The position numbers and the translations under genes were made by a program. This document shows positions 9,166-18,281 of a DNA stretch of 64,000 bases, piece after piece. Under the pieces are notes generated by a model, which was not told the DNA's origin, ran no database searches, and worked only from the letters and a program-made list of their open reading frames with translations. Numbering within the stretch: the first letter of the stretch is position 1; every line of letters begins with the position of its first letter. The DNA lies in the IMG/VR virus record IMGVR_UViG_3300030503_000573, positions 9,084-73,083 of that record, one strand, 5' to 3'. Source of the DNA: a virus.

Positions 9166-10769
9166 CGCCCGACCATCTCAGCGTGCGCGGCGTCTCGGCC
9201 ACCCTTCAGCACCTTGAGCTTGCTCACCGAGTCTGTCAGCCCGCCGAGCGCCCGCTGGACGCGGGCCTCATGCGCAGCACGGTCGCTGTCTGCGGCAGCA
9301 AAGGGCTTGGGTACCGGCGGTGGCTTGGCGCCGGAACCGGGGCCGCCTTCCTCGCCGCCGGCCGCGCCAGCCTCGGCGAGCGCCTTGGCCTGGTCTGCCT
9401 GGTCACCGAGGTGCTCCTTGAGCGCGTCGATGTCCAGGTTGAGCGGGCTCGGGAACAGCAGCTCCAGCTCGTTGAAGTTGTCCTGCGCCCAGGCAATCAG
9501 GTCACCGGTGTTCTCCGGGTCGAGGGTGGGCGCCAGCACCTCGACTAAGGCGATGATCGCCTTGAGGCGGACGTCGTCAACCTTGACCTTCTCGCTGTCC
9601 GGTTCCTCCAGCAGGTTCGGCCAGGTGGCCGAGAAGGCGTTGCGCCACTCGTTGAAGGCCGCCTCGTACTTGACGCCCTTGAACTGGTCGGGGAAGCGCT
9701 TCTGCAGCGTCTTGTAGAACTCGGGGTTCCACGCCCGGCGCTGGACGATGCGGTCCATGAACTCGTACGCCGGGTCCATCCACACCCGGATGGTATTGAC
9801 GAACTGGGCAACGTGCTTGGCGTCCTCGGTGCCCTCGCCGAAGCCCTCGGCGAAGGTCTCTGAGTTGAGCAGCTTGGCCGGCATGTCGCAGGCCACCGCG
9901 ATGTTCTCCAGTATGTTGGACCTCGCGAGCTTGTACGCCCCGTCGAGGTTCTGCATGTTGAGGGTCTCGATGTTCTCATCTGTGGAGATCGAGAGCACCG
10001 AGGCGATCTGCGCCTCCTTGATCATCGACCGCTTCTGGCCGGCCACCGCTGCCATGATGTTGTCGATGATGGACCCGGGCTGGGCCATCTTGGCGATCAG
10101 CACCCCGGACTTCAGCGTGACCAGGTCGTCGGTCAGCAGCGTCTGGAGGAAGCTCTTGAGCGGGTACAGCGGACGCTGAAACACCGAGCGGCCCACGAAC
10201 CCGAAGGCCGAGGTGGTGTACTCGATGTAGAGCGGCTCCTCGTTGAGCAGCGTCACCGTCCTGCTGCGGGCGTAGGGTACGCCCCCGACCGCGATGTGCT
10301 GGACCTTCTGAAACTCAGGCTTGTTGGGGTCCTGGCTCAGCACAAGCGAGCCGGCCGTGTTGAGCGGGTCCAGCACGTTGAACGCGATGGCCTGATCCCA
10401 CAGACGGTCCCACTCGACCTCGTCGGCTGGGTCGATGTCCTTGCCGACCAGCGCAATCGACGAGATGCCGTACGTGCGGGCCTGGCGCCCGAGGTTGAAC
10501 AGGTGAGTGTCGGCCTTGACCGCGCGCCACTCGGCCTCGAAGGCCGTGATCAGCTCCTTCTCCAGGGCCACCGGGCAGGTGACGACGCGCCGCTGGCTCT
10601 GGGCCAGCGTGATCGGCGTGTCAGTCAGCTTCTTGCCGAGCGGGTGGTAGGCCTGGATGGTCTTGCACAGCTGGTAGCTCGGGGCTGACCCGGGCACGAT
10701 GTCGTCTGCGCTCAGCAGCGAGACGAGCACCGACCCCGAGGCTGACGAGCTGAGCATCAGCTGGCTCAT
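9162..10769 (-). CDS. Portal protein (DUF1073-like)
   Basis: 535 aa after terminase; ARTYG, GFVGRSV, IAVACDMPAKLL...GFGEGTED motifs. Confidence 0.85.
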   Translation of the reverse strand: MSQLMLSSSASGSVLVSLLSADDIVPGSAPSYQLCKTIQAYHPLGKKLTDTPITLAQSQRRVVTCPVALEKELITAFEAEWRAVKADTHLFNLGRQARTYGISSIALVGKDIDPADEVEWDRLWDQAIAFNVLDPLNTAGSLVLSQDPNKPEFQKVQHIAVGGVPYARSRTVTLLNEEPLYIEYTTSAFGFVGRSVFQRPLYPLKSFLQTLLTDDLVTLKSGVLIAKMAQPGSIIDNIMAAVAGQKRSMIKEAQIASVLSISTDENIETLNMQNLDGAYKLARSNILENIAVACDMPAKLLNSETFAEGFGEGTEDAKHVAQFVNTIRVWMDPAYEFMDRIVQRRAWNPEFYKTLQKRFPDQFKGVKYEAAFNEWRNAFSATWPNLLEEPDSEKVKVDDVRLKAIIALVEVLAPTLDPENTGDLIAWAQDNFNELELLFPSPLNLDIDALKEHLGDQADQAKALAEAGAAGGEEGGPGSGAKPPPVPKPFAAADSDRAAHEARVQRALGGLTDSVSKLKVLKGGRDAAHAEMVGR

Positions 10770-10900
10770 GAGGCGAACCCGTGGGCGGTGTCAACGAACA
10801 GGTAGGCGAGCACAGCCCCGATGAGCGCCAGATAGAAGATCGCCCACCCCATGATGATCACGTCTCGGCGGCGGCGCTCGGCGCGGTCGGGGTCGCTCAT
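10766..10900 (-). CDS. Small single-TM protein (44 aa, not in ORF track)
   Basis: MSDPDRAERRRRDVIIMGWAIFYLALIGAVLAYLFVDTAHGFAS; abuts the terminase stop and overlaps the portal start (ATGA). Confidence 0.55.
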   Translation of the reverse strand: MSDPDRAERRRRDVIIMGWAIFYLALIGAVLAYLFVDTAHGFAS

Positions 10901-12391
10901 CTAGAAGCCCCCCTTGTTGCCCAGGGCGAGTGCCACACCGTAGCAGAATGTGTCGAACACATCGTCAGCCCGCTTGGCCTCCTCGGGGTCGGCGATGGAG
11001 TAGTTCTCGACCTGGGAGATCAGGTGGTTCTTGGCCTCGCCCTTGAACACCACCACCCGGTCGTAGGCCCGGCGCGTCAGCTTGACCTTGCCGGTGCTCA
11101 CGTAGCCCGACACGCTCAGCGCCCGGCCGTCCTTGCCGAGCGAGGTCAGCTTGGAGTTGATGGCGTGGGCCTTGGAGCCCTTGATGTTCTTCTGCTGCTG
11201 GAGCAGTATGATGCCCGACGAGGCGTCCTCGATCCACACCCCCAGGTAGCCCTGGCGCGCGCCGAGGTCGCGGGCCATCTGCTCGCCGACCGTCTGCACG
11301 CTAGGCAGCCAAGCCTCCAGCGAGGCCCCCTCCAGCTGCCGGTAGTCGTAGTCGATGACCGCCAGCGGGTAGCCGCAGCCGCCGAACTTGGTGACCGCGA
11401 AGTACGTGGTGGCCACGCCGTCGTGGTTCTTGCCCGTCTTGGCCGCCGTGTCCATGACCGCGAAGACCGCGTCGCAGACCTTGGGCACCTCGATTGGCGC
11501 CCCGTTGACCAGCATGTTCTGCAGGTCAAAGAACTTCTGGCCGCTCCACCTGATCTTCCAGTTGCCCCTCAGCAGCCGCTCGCGCTCGACGAGGGGCAGG
11601 GCAAGCAGGTTGGCCATGTAGCGCGGGTCGGCCCGCAGCAGCGCCTTGTTGTCGCTGAGCAGCGACGGTATGAAGGTCAGGCTCTTGGGCGGGATCGGCC
11701 TGTTCTCAACCGGGTCGACGTAGTTGACGAGGTCGAGGGGGTCGTCTGCCCAGACCAGGTCGTCGCCAACACGAACGAACCACCGCACCGCGCCGGCCCG
11801 CTCTGGTATGGCGAGCCCCGTGTTCTGGTCAATCCACCACTCAATGAGCTTGGCGACCCAGCTGTCGCAGTCGGGGTTGCACGTCGCCCTGATGTAGGGC
11901 TCGACCCCGCACGTAGAGCGGTTGCGGCTCACCATGTACCAGAACTGGTAGGCCGAGAAGTGGGTCAGCTCGTCGAAGCAGATCAGCGGTATCTGCGAGC
12001 CCTGGTAGTCGAGCACATTCTTGTCGTGCTCCAGGTGGGCGAACGTGACGCTCGCCCCGCTCGGCCACCGCCACCACAGGTCGTACTCGCGCGGCTTCGG
12101 CGGGTTCGGCAGCTGGGTGTACAGCTTGAGGCTCTCGTCCCACAGCGCACCCTCGTTCCTAATCTGGACCGAGGTGCGCCGGAAGAAGACCGCGCCGAAG
12201 TCGCGCCGGTGGGTGTGGCGCAGTGGCTCCATGAGGAGGGCCCAGGTCTTGCCGCCGCCGGCCGCCCCGCCATAGATGGCGATGTCGGCCGGGGTGCTCA
12301 GAAAGGCCGTCTGCGGCCCCGGCTGCGGGCCGAGGGTGCCAGGCGGCTGAGCGTCGAGTACGTCGAGGCCGCCGGCCCGTGCCCTGCCCAA
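10901..12391 (-). CDS. terL: Terminase large subunit
   Basis: Q-motif PQPGPQ, Walker A GGAAGGGKT, Walker B CFDELTH, ATCNP coupling motif, nuclease DTA...D...DDVFD. Confidence 0.95.
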   Translation of the reverse strand: MGRARAGGLDVLDAQPPGTLGPQPGPQTAFLSTPADIAIYGGAAGGGKTWALLMEPLRHTHRRDFGAVFFRRTSVQIRNEGALWDESLKLYTQLPNPPKPREYDLWWRWPSGASVTFAHLEHDKNVLDYQGSQIPLICFDELTHFSAYQFWYMVSRNRSTCGVEPYIRATCNPDCDSWVAKLIEWWIDQNTGLAIPERAGAVRWFVRVGDDLVWADDPLDLVNYVDPVENRPIPPKSLTFIPSLLSDNKALLRADPRYMANLLALPLVERERLLRGNWKIRWSGQKFFDLQNMLVNGAPIEVPKVCDAVFAVMDTAAKTGKNHDGVATTYFAVTKFGGCGYPLAVIDYDYRQLEGASLEAWLPSVQTVGEQMARDLGARQGYLGVWIEDASSGIILLQQQKNIKGSKAHAINSKLTSLGKDGRALSVSGYVSTGKVKLTRRAYDRVVVFKGEAKNHLISQVENYSIADPEEAKRADDVFDTFCYGVALALGNKGGF

Positions 12392-12392
12392 G

Positions 12393-13166
12393 CTAGGCCC
12401 CGGCCGCGATGGCCTCTGGCGTCACCACCTCGCCCGTCAGCTGGGGCAGGCCGTTGATGACTTCCGAGTCGTTGCGCCCGTTGTCAGGCAGCGCGAAGAT
12501 CGCCACACCGTGGTTGACCTGGATGGGCGCGCCGTCGGGGCCCGAGACCTCGTGGCGCTGGACGTCCTTCTCGAACAGGCCCAGGTGCCGCATCAGCTTC
12601 TCCAGGGCCTCCAGCTTCGGGTGCATGCGCACCTCGACCTGGCCATCCTTGGTGATCTTGACCGAGGCCACGGCAGCGGCGGTCGCGGCCGGTATCTCGG
12701 CGCTAGACTTCGGCTTGGCCCAAGGCATCTCGACGTACCGCACCATCGCGGCCTCCGAGAGCTGGTCAAAGGGCAGCTTCTTCCCATCCGCGTCGTACGG
12801 GATGGCGACCTCCTGCATGCCCCACTCGATCACGTCGGTGATCTTGGCCCGGGCGACGTCGGCGAGGATGCTCAGAATCTCGGCCTGGCTCATGGCCAGG
12901 TAGTCGGCCACCAGCTTGCGGTGGGCCGCGATGGCTTCCTGGACCAGCGGGTTCTCCAAGAAGCCCGCCGCCGTCACCTGGGCCATGCTCGGCTTGGCGC
13001 CGCACCGCAGGGCCGCCTGGGTGGGGTTGAGGTCCTCGAAGTACTCGCGCACGAAGCGGTGCTGCTGGGGCGTGAGGTCACGCTTGGCGGGCACCGGGTC
13101 CTGCTTGCGGGTGTTGTGGCGTGTGGCCAAGGGCCTCGGCTCCTTGGGTTCGCGGGTGCTTCGCAC
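12393..13166 (-). CDS. terS: Terminase small subunit
   Basis: LTPQQHRFVREYFEDLNPTQAALRCG HTH; KLEALEKLMRHLGLF; immediately upstream of terL. Confidence 0.9.
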   Translation of the reverse strand: MRSTREPKEPRPLATRHNTRKQDPVPAKRDLTPQQHRFVREYFEDLNPTQAALRCGAKPSMAQVTAAGFLENPLVQEAIAAHRKLVADYLAMSQAEILSILADVARAKITDVIEWGMQEVAIPYDADGKKLPFDQLSEAAMVRYVEMPWAKPKSSAEIPAATAAAVASVKITKDGQVEVRMHPKLEALEKLMRHLGLFEKDVQRHEVSGPDGAPIQVNHGVAIFALPDNGRNDSEVINGLPQLTGEVVTPEAIAAGA

Positions 13167-13244
13167 ACCACATTCGGCCCGGGGCCGTGATGTGCTCGGG
13201 CGACCCCCTCAGGTCACCGCCTAGCTGGTCGCCTGGGGCCTGTC

Positions 13245-13850
13245 TTAGACCGTATGGCGGGCTAGGACGGGAGCAGCGCGGTCTGCCTGCTCCGGAGATG
13301 AAGTCTTGCCAACTACCTTGCCGAGCAGCTTGAAGTCAAGGGACACGTCCACCTTGCCCCCCAGCATTTCAAGCCAAACCTTCACTTGGCCACTGCGGTC
13401 CAGATCGGCGACCGAGCTGATCTGCGCCGTCAGCCCGGCAAAGGGGCCCGCCGACCCCGAGAGCTTGACCGCGTCGCCGACCCTGAGGCGCAGGGTGGTA
13501 GACAGCTTGGTGGAGTCCCACGACCGTATGCGCCCATCCTCACCCGCGACCGCGCGCAGGGCGTCTATGACGGGGTCAGGCACGGCGAGGGGTACACGGT
13601 CTACCCCGCTGCGCAGCACGTCCACGATGCCCCGTGCACAGAGTAACGGCGTGGGGTTGGGGGCGTCTGCGAACAGGTAGCGCGGGAAGATCGGCTCGTC
13701 ACGGTCGACGAGGCGGAACTGGTGGCGGCGGAACCGCTGCCGGCGCTTCACGCGCTCGTGTGGGAGAAAGACGGCCGCCCCGAGCCGCTCCAGCTCGTCA
13801 CGGGCCAGGAACTCACGGCGCGGCTCGCACCACATTGCCCACCAGGTCAT
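13245..13850 (-). CDS. NusG/RfaH-family transcription antiterminator
   Basis: NGN domain (WWAMWCEPRRE...PIFPRYLF) plus KOW (RVGDAVKL..GPFAGLTAQI...VKVWLEMLG). Confidence 0.85.
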   Translation of the reverse strand: MTWWAMWCEPRREFLARDELERLGAAVFLPHERVKRRQRFRRHQFRLVDRDEPIFPRYLFADAPNPTPLLCARGIVDVLRSGVDRVPLAVPDPVIDALRAVAGEDGRIRSWDSTKLSTTLRLRVGDAVKLSGSAGPFAGLTAQISSVADLDRSGQVKVWLEMLGGKVDVSLDFKLLGKVVGKTSSPEQADRAAPVLARHTV

Positions 13851-13886
13851 GGGAAAGAGATAGCGCGGGGCCGGGCTGAAAGTCTA
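13851..13886 (-). promoter_or_regulatory. Putative sigma70-type promoter giving a leaderless NusG-paralogue mRNA
   Basis: TAGACT (13886-13881), 18 nt, GC-TATCTC (13862-13857), 6 nt, ATG; no SD sequence. Confidence 0.45.
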
Positions 13887-13958
13887 GGCTAAGAGTCACG
13901 AATGATGCTGGATTACCAGCTCGGCCTTGTGTTGGCTACGCCAACAGGAGAATGTAGT

Positions 13959-14687
13959 ATGAAGTCAGCTCTTTGGAGAGAGGTCGTCGTCAAGAAGCGC
14001 CTGCCCGGGCACGGCAACAAGTACGCGCTCGCGCGCCCCTGCCTCCAGACCCTCGCGCAGCTCAGACAGGTGGGCCACGAGGTGATGTGGCGGGGAAAGG
14101 CGGTGCGCCTCTCGACCATCCAGGCCCACGTGCTGGACTACCTCATCTGCCGGTCGCCAGACTGGAGCGACTGGCGCTCGATCTACCGCAACTGCTGGCC
14201 TAACCCCACCTTCAAGCCCGGCCTCGCTGCCCTCGTCGCTGACGTCATGTCCAAGCTGAGGCAGCGATTGCCCGACCTGCTGGAGAGCGGACGCGAGGTG
14301 AACAAGACCAACGGCCAGGGCTGGCGCATCAAGTCTGAGCACCTCGCCGGCCGCCGCCTGCTGGACCCGGCCCCGGCCCAGGAGAACACCGCAGGACCCA
14401 TCTACTGGAGGCGTGGCACCCGGGTGCGGTGGAGGGGTCAGACCGCAGACCTCACCACGGCCGAGGCCGAGCTGCTGACCGACCTCTCTGCTCAGCGCAC
14501 CTGGACCCACTGGAGGCTCAGCTTCTGCCGCCTGTGGCCCGAGAGGGCCCAGGAGCTGACCGAGCGGGGCCGACACTCCGCCTACTGCGCAATCGAGCGC
14601 CGGCTGCAGGAGAAGCTGCCTGGGCTGGTCGAGCGCAATCCCGCCAACCCTGCCCAGAGGCGCATGAACCCTGCGGCCCTAGACTAG
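13959..14687 (+). CDS. Regulator with two OmpR/PhoB-like winged-helix repeats
   Basis: VMWRGKAVRLSTIQAHVLDYL and VRWRGQTADLTTAEAELLTDL repeats; AGGAG RBS before ATG 13959. Confidence 0.55.
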   Translation: MKSALWREVVVKKRLPGHGNKYALARPCLQTLAQLRQVGHEVMWRGKAVRLSTIQAHVLDYLICRSPDWSDWRSIYRNCWPNPTFKPGLAALVADVMSKLRQRLPDLLESGREVNKTNGQGWRIKSEHLAGRRLLDPAPAQENTAGPIYWRRGTRVRWRGQTADLTTAEAELLTDLSAQRTWTHWRLSFCRLWPERAQELTERGRHSAYCAIERRLQEKLPGLVERNPANPAQRRMNPAALD

Positions 14688-14699
14688 GGGCCCCGGCCG

Positions 14700-15140
14700 C
14701 CCTAAGCTGTTGCCTCCAGCCGACAACAGATGAGCACCGCTCCGAACCTATCTTAAGATACCGACTTAGGTCATTGATCTTACCACCAGCGGAAAACCTC
14801 TTCTAAATCAGAGGCCCGCTCGGTTTATTAGGTCATCTTAGGTAGTTTCAATCGGCTAGGACTTTCCAACGCACCCTGCGTCTCGCCGGCTCCTTGCCCA
14901 GGCTAGGAGTACGCACTAAGTCCGTTCTGCGGAGCGCCTCCTTATTTATCTTAAGTTAATATAATAAAGGGGGGTAAGTAATAATGGGCCTCAGTAAACC
15001 CAGGACTTTCGTCAACCACCACACGCTTACCTTCTCGCCCTCTAGGCTGCTCCGACTTAAGTTAGTCCTCAGAGGTCCCATCACCACCGCCCCCTTGCCC
15101 CAGCCCCACGCCCCGGGCTAGCCTACCTAAGTCCAGACCG
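14700..15140. other. AT-enriched non-coding region with repeated CTTAAG/CTTAGG motifs (candidate origin/control region)
   Basis: No credible ORF; palindrome TATCTTAAGATA 14749-14760; multiple GACTTA(A/G)G-like copies on both strands. Confidence 0.5.
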
Positions 15141-15318
15141 GGCGGCCCCACTGTCGCTCGGTTGCCGGCCTCAGGCCGGTGCCTGCCGGGGGGAGTGGTT
15201 GCCCGGCGGGATGGCCCATCATAAGGAGCCACACGACCCCATGCCCACAGACGAAGTCCTAGCCCGGGGGCTCGCCCACCTCACCCGCTACGCCTAGCTG
15301 GTAGACCGCGAAGACCTC

Positions 15319-15603
15319 ATGGTCATCAACGGTGCGCGCTACCGCGAAGACGCCCAGGCCATACGCCGCGTGATCGCCGCAGCCCGGCCCTGGGAACCTG
15401 TAGGGCCTGACACCCCGGTCAACACCTGGCTCTACACGGCCCGCGAGGGCGAGCGCGGGGTCAACCTGTGCATGCTGCTGAGGATTGACGGCTTAGACGA
15501 GTGGGTTGAGGCCGGCTCGGGCGCCACCACCGTCACCCACCACAGCTTCGCCGCCCCGACGCACTACATGGTGCCCCTGGCGCTGCCGTGGGAGGTGGGG
15601 TGA
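15319..15603 (+). CDS. Hypothetical protein (possibly starts at 15241 with an in-frame TAG)
   Basis: 94-aa ORF; ATAAGGAG RBS lies before in-frame ATG 15241. Confidence 0.55.
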   Translation: MVINGARYREDAQAIRRVIAAARPWEPVGPDTPVNTWLYTAREGERGVNLCMLLRIDGLDEWVEAGSGATTVTHHSFAAPTHYMVPLALPWEVG

Positions 15604-16229
15604 TGACCGATCACGCGGAAGCGCTGGCGGAGGCGTTGCAAGCCATCGTCGCTCCCCACGGCAATTGGAGGGCGACCGACCTGTCTGGCCCGCGCGGCAT
15701 GAATGCGGAGATCGCCAGAGACGTGCTCCGCGCCTACACCGCCGCCAAGGCCCAACCTGCGGACTCCGATGTTTGCCCGCACGACAGGAAGTCGTGCTTT
15801 GTAGGGCGCGATACAGACGACGCCCACTTCCGCTGCGGGACCGTCGCTTGTCCCAATCCGCTAAACCCGAACGCGCTTCCTGCCCAACCTGCGGGCGGGG
15901 AGGGGGAATGGGTGATGGTGCCGAGGGAGGCGACAGCGGACATGGTTAAGTCCGGACGGTCAGCCCGAGCAGAGGTCGGACGCGATACCGGCTCAAACTT
16001 GGTGAGGGCTTGTTATGCCGCCATGCTCGTGGCCGCTCCCGCCGCCCCTCCAGCCATAGAGGCACAGTGGAGGCCAATTACAGATGAAGCCGTCCAGGCC
16101 GCATGGAGCGCGTGGTGCGCGACTCCGGAGGTCAAGCACGCGCAAACCGGCGAACCCGTCTCTGACTCGTTGGTTGCTATGAGAGCGGCTCTCGAAGCTG
16201 CTCGCACCCACCGGAGCCAGCAGCAATGA
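15603..16229 (+). CDS. Hypothetical protein
   Basis: Mosaic phage-type ORF (WVMVPREAT motif); GGAGG RBS. Confidence 0.55.
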   Translation: MTDHAEALAEALQAIVAPHGNWRATDLSGPRGMNAEIARDVLRAYTAAKAQPADSDVCPHDRKSCFVGRDTDDAHFRCGTVACPNPLNPNALPAQPAGGEGEWVMVPREATADMVKSGRSARAEVGRDTGSNLVRACYAAMLVAAPAAPPAIEAQWRPITDEAVQAAWSAWCATPEVKHAQTGEPVSDSLVAMRAALEAARTHRSQQQ

Positions 16230-16447
16230 CCTCCAGGGCAAAGTGGGCCGGCACGGCACTCCAGATCGCGGGCGTGTTCGCGATGTCCTCCCGCCTCGCA
16301 CCCCCGTGGGCTGCCTTCATGATCATGTTCGCCGGCTCGCTGGTCTGGTCGAGCGCCGCCGTGCTCACCCGCGACTGGCCAGCAGCCACACTCAACCTCG
16401 CCTTCGTCGGCTCCAACCTGCTCGGCATCTGGAGGTGGACACAGTGA
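16226..16447 (+). CDS. Small multi-TM membrane protein
   Basis: 73 aa, three hydrophobic segments, ends GIWRW. Confidence 0.6.
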   Translation: MTSRAKWAGTALQIAGVFAMSSRLAPPWAAFMIMFAGSLVWSSAAVLTRDWPAATLNLAFVGSNLLGIWRWTQ

Positions 16448-18162
16448 CCGACGAGCCCCCCGTCAAGCTCTGCCTCGGTGGCTCGCTGCCCCCCTTCCTC
16501 GCCCGGGCGCTCGCCGAGGGGGCCGGCCGCCTGCTCACCCCGGCGCCAGAGCCCGAGCCAGAGGCAGCGCCGAAGACGCGCTCTGGGCAGGTGATGTCGT
16601 CGCTGCCGGAGGAGGCCTACCTCGTGCGGGTCGCCGCTCCCTACTGGAGCCAGCACGGGCACCCGGCTGGGTTCACCCCACCCCCCACCGCCACCCCCTA
16701 CCAGGCCGAGCACGCAGCCCTTCACGCCCTCGACAAGGCCTGGGGCCTGCTGTGGGAGCAGGGCACCGGCAAGACCTTCGCCATCATCCACGACGCCGCC
16801 GCGCTCTTCGCTGCCGGCCACATACGGGTGATGATCGTCGTCGCCCCGGCGGGCGTGCACCTCAACTGGACGCGCGAGGAGCTGCCGAAGCACTGGCCGC
16901 CCTCGGCCCCGCCGGTCGACGCCTTCGAGTGGGACCCCCAGCGGACGGAGCAGAAGGGCTACGTGGCCGTGTTCCGGTCCTGGCTCGACCGGCTGGCCTC
17001 CAAGCCCGGGCGTGCCTACGTGCTCGCCCTCGCCTACGACGGGGCTGCGACCGAGGCCGGCAACATCGCCATCCGCAGGGCGCTCAAGGCAGCAGGCGGC
17101 CTCGCGCTGTACGTGGCCGACGAGTCGCAGCGCATCAAGACGCCGGGTGCGACCCGCACCAAGCGCATCATTGCCCAGGGGCACCTGGCCTCGCACCGCC
17201 GCATCGCCAGCGGCACGCCGGCCGAGACGCCGTACGACTTCTACACCCAGCTTCGGTTCCTCGACCCGCTGTTCTGGATACGGGAACTCGATGTGGACAC
17301 GTTCACCGCCTTCCGCTCCTACTTCTCCGAGTACGAAGACGCCTACGGGGCGGGCGGCCGGCGCTACCCGAGCTTCAAGAACTACCGCCGGCTCGATGAG
17401 CTTCAGGCCCTTCTGGGCAAGGCCACGAGCCGGGTGCTGAAGCCCGAGGGGCTGCCGGCCCAGACCTACGGCCGGGTGGTCCACCCGATGACCAACTCGC
17501 AGCGGCGGGCGTACGAGGAGCTTCACACCGAGGCGATGACCCTGCTGGACTCCAACGAGCTGGTCACGGCGGAGCTCGCGCTCACCCTCGCGCTGCGGCT
17601 CAACCAGATATGCGCCGGCCACGTGAGGGCGGTGGCCGGGGGCGAGCCGTTCCTCTTCCCGGGCAACCCGCGCGGCGCGGCGCTTGGCGACTACCTGGAG
17701 GACCACGCAAGGCAGCCCCACCTGGTCTGGTACGCATTTCAGCCCGACGAGGCCCAGGTGGAGGAGGCCTGCGCGCGGGCCGCGCTGAGCATGGCCTTCT
17801 ACCGGGGCGACGACGATGGCCGCGCGATCAGGAGCTTCAAGGATGGCTCGGTCGACGTGCTGGCGGGCAACCTGAGCTCAGGCATGGCCGAGGGCCACAC
17901 GCTCGTGCGGGCCGCCTCGGGGCTGTACTTTAGCCGCACGTGGCGCACAATCCAGCGGCGGCAGAGCGAGGACCGCATCCACCGCATCGGCCAGACCGAG
18001 CCGGTCCACTACGTCGACTTCGTGGCCGACCGCTCGCCTGCCGACGAGCGGCAGCTGGACTGCCTCAGGGGCAAGCGGGCGACGGTCGACCTGGTCATGG
18101 GTGACCCGCCGGAGAAGGCGCGGGCCTGGCTGCGTAGTGCTATATCTGGAGAGGGTAGATGA
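16444..18162 (+). CDS. SNF2-family (SF2) helicase
   Basis: EQGTGKT, VADESQ, ASGTP, QSEDRIHRIGQ motifs; GTG start after GGAGG. Confidence 0.9.
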   Translation: MTDEPPVKLCLGGSLPPFLARALAEGAGRLLTPAPEPEPEAAPKTRSGQVMSSLPEEAYLVRVAAPYWSQHGHPAGFTPPPTATPYQAEHAALHALDKAWGLLWEQGTGKTFAIIHDAAALFAAGHIRVMIVVAPAGVHLNWTREELPKHWPPSAPPVDAFEWDPQRTEQKGYVAVFRSWLDRLASKPGRAYVLALAYDGAATEAGNIAIRRALKAAGGLALYVADESQRIKTPGATRTKRIIAQGHLASHRRIASGTPAETPYDFYTQLRFLDPLFWIRELDVDTFTAFRSYFSEYEDAYGAGGRRYPSFKNYRRLDELQALLGKATSRVLKPEGLPAQTYGRVVHPMTNSQRRAYEELHTEAMTLLDSNELVTAELALTLALRLNQICAGHVRAVAGGEPFLFPGNPRGAALGDYLEDHARQPHLVWYAFQPDEAQVEEACARAALSMAFYRGDDDGRAIRSFKDGSVDVLAGNLSSGMAEGHTLVRAASGLYFSRTWRTIQRRQSEDRIHRIGQTEPVHYVDFVADRSPADERQLDCLRGKRATVDLVMGDPPEKARAWLRSAISGEGR

Positions 18163-18278
18163 GGACTGTCATCATCGCCCTCACCGCCATGCTGCTGTCC
18201 GGGTGCGCCCTGCTGGAGCCGATGCACTGCGGGCCGAAGGGCAACGACGGTGGCGAGTGTGAACTAGGGAGACTCTGA
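18159..18278 (+). CDS. Small lipoprotein (39 aa, not in ORF track)
   Basis: MRTVIIALTAMLLSG|C lipobox; ATGA overlap with the helicase stop. Confidence 0.55.
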   Translation: MRTVIIALTAMLLSGCALLEPMHCGPKGNDGGECELGRL

Positions 18279-18281
18279 CAG

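Noticed and set aside
919-12457. Long plus-strand ORFs (e.g. 919-2322, 2611-4533, 10781-12457) opposite structural genes
   Set aside because: Antisense shadows typical of high-GC coding DNA; no motifs, while the minus-strand frames have clear phage homologies.
14700-15140. CtrA boxes (TTAA-N7-TTAA)
   Set aside because: TTAA half-sites are present, but I could not find a pair with the 7-nt spacing.
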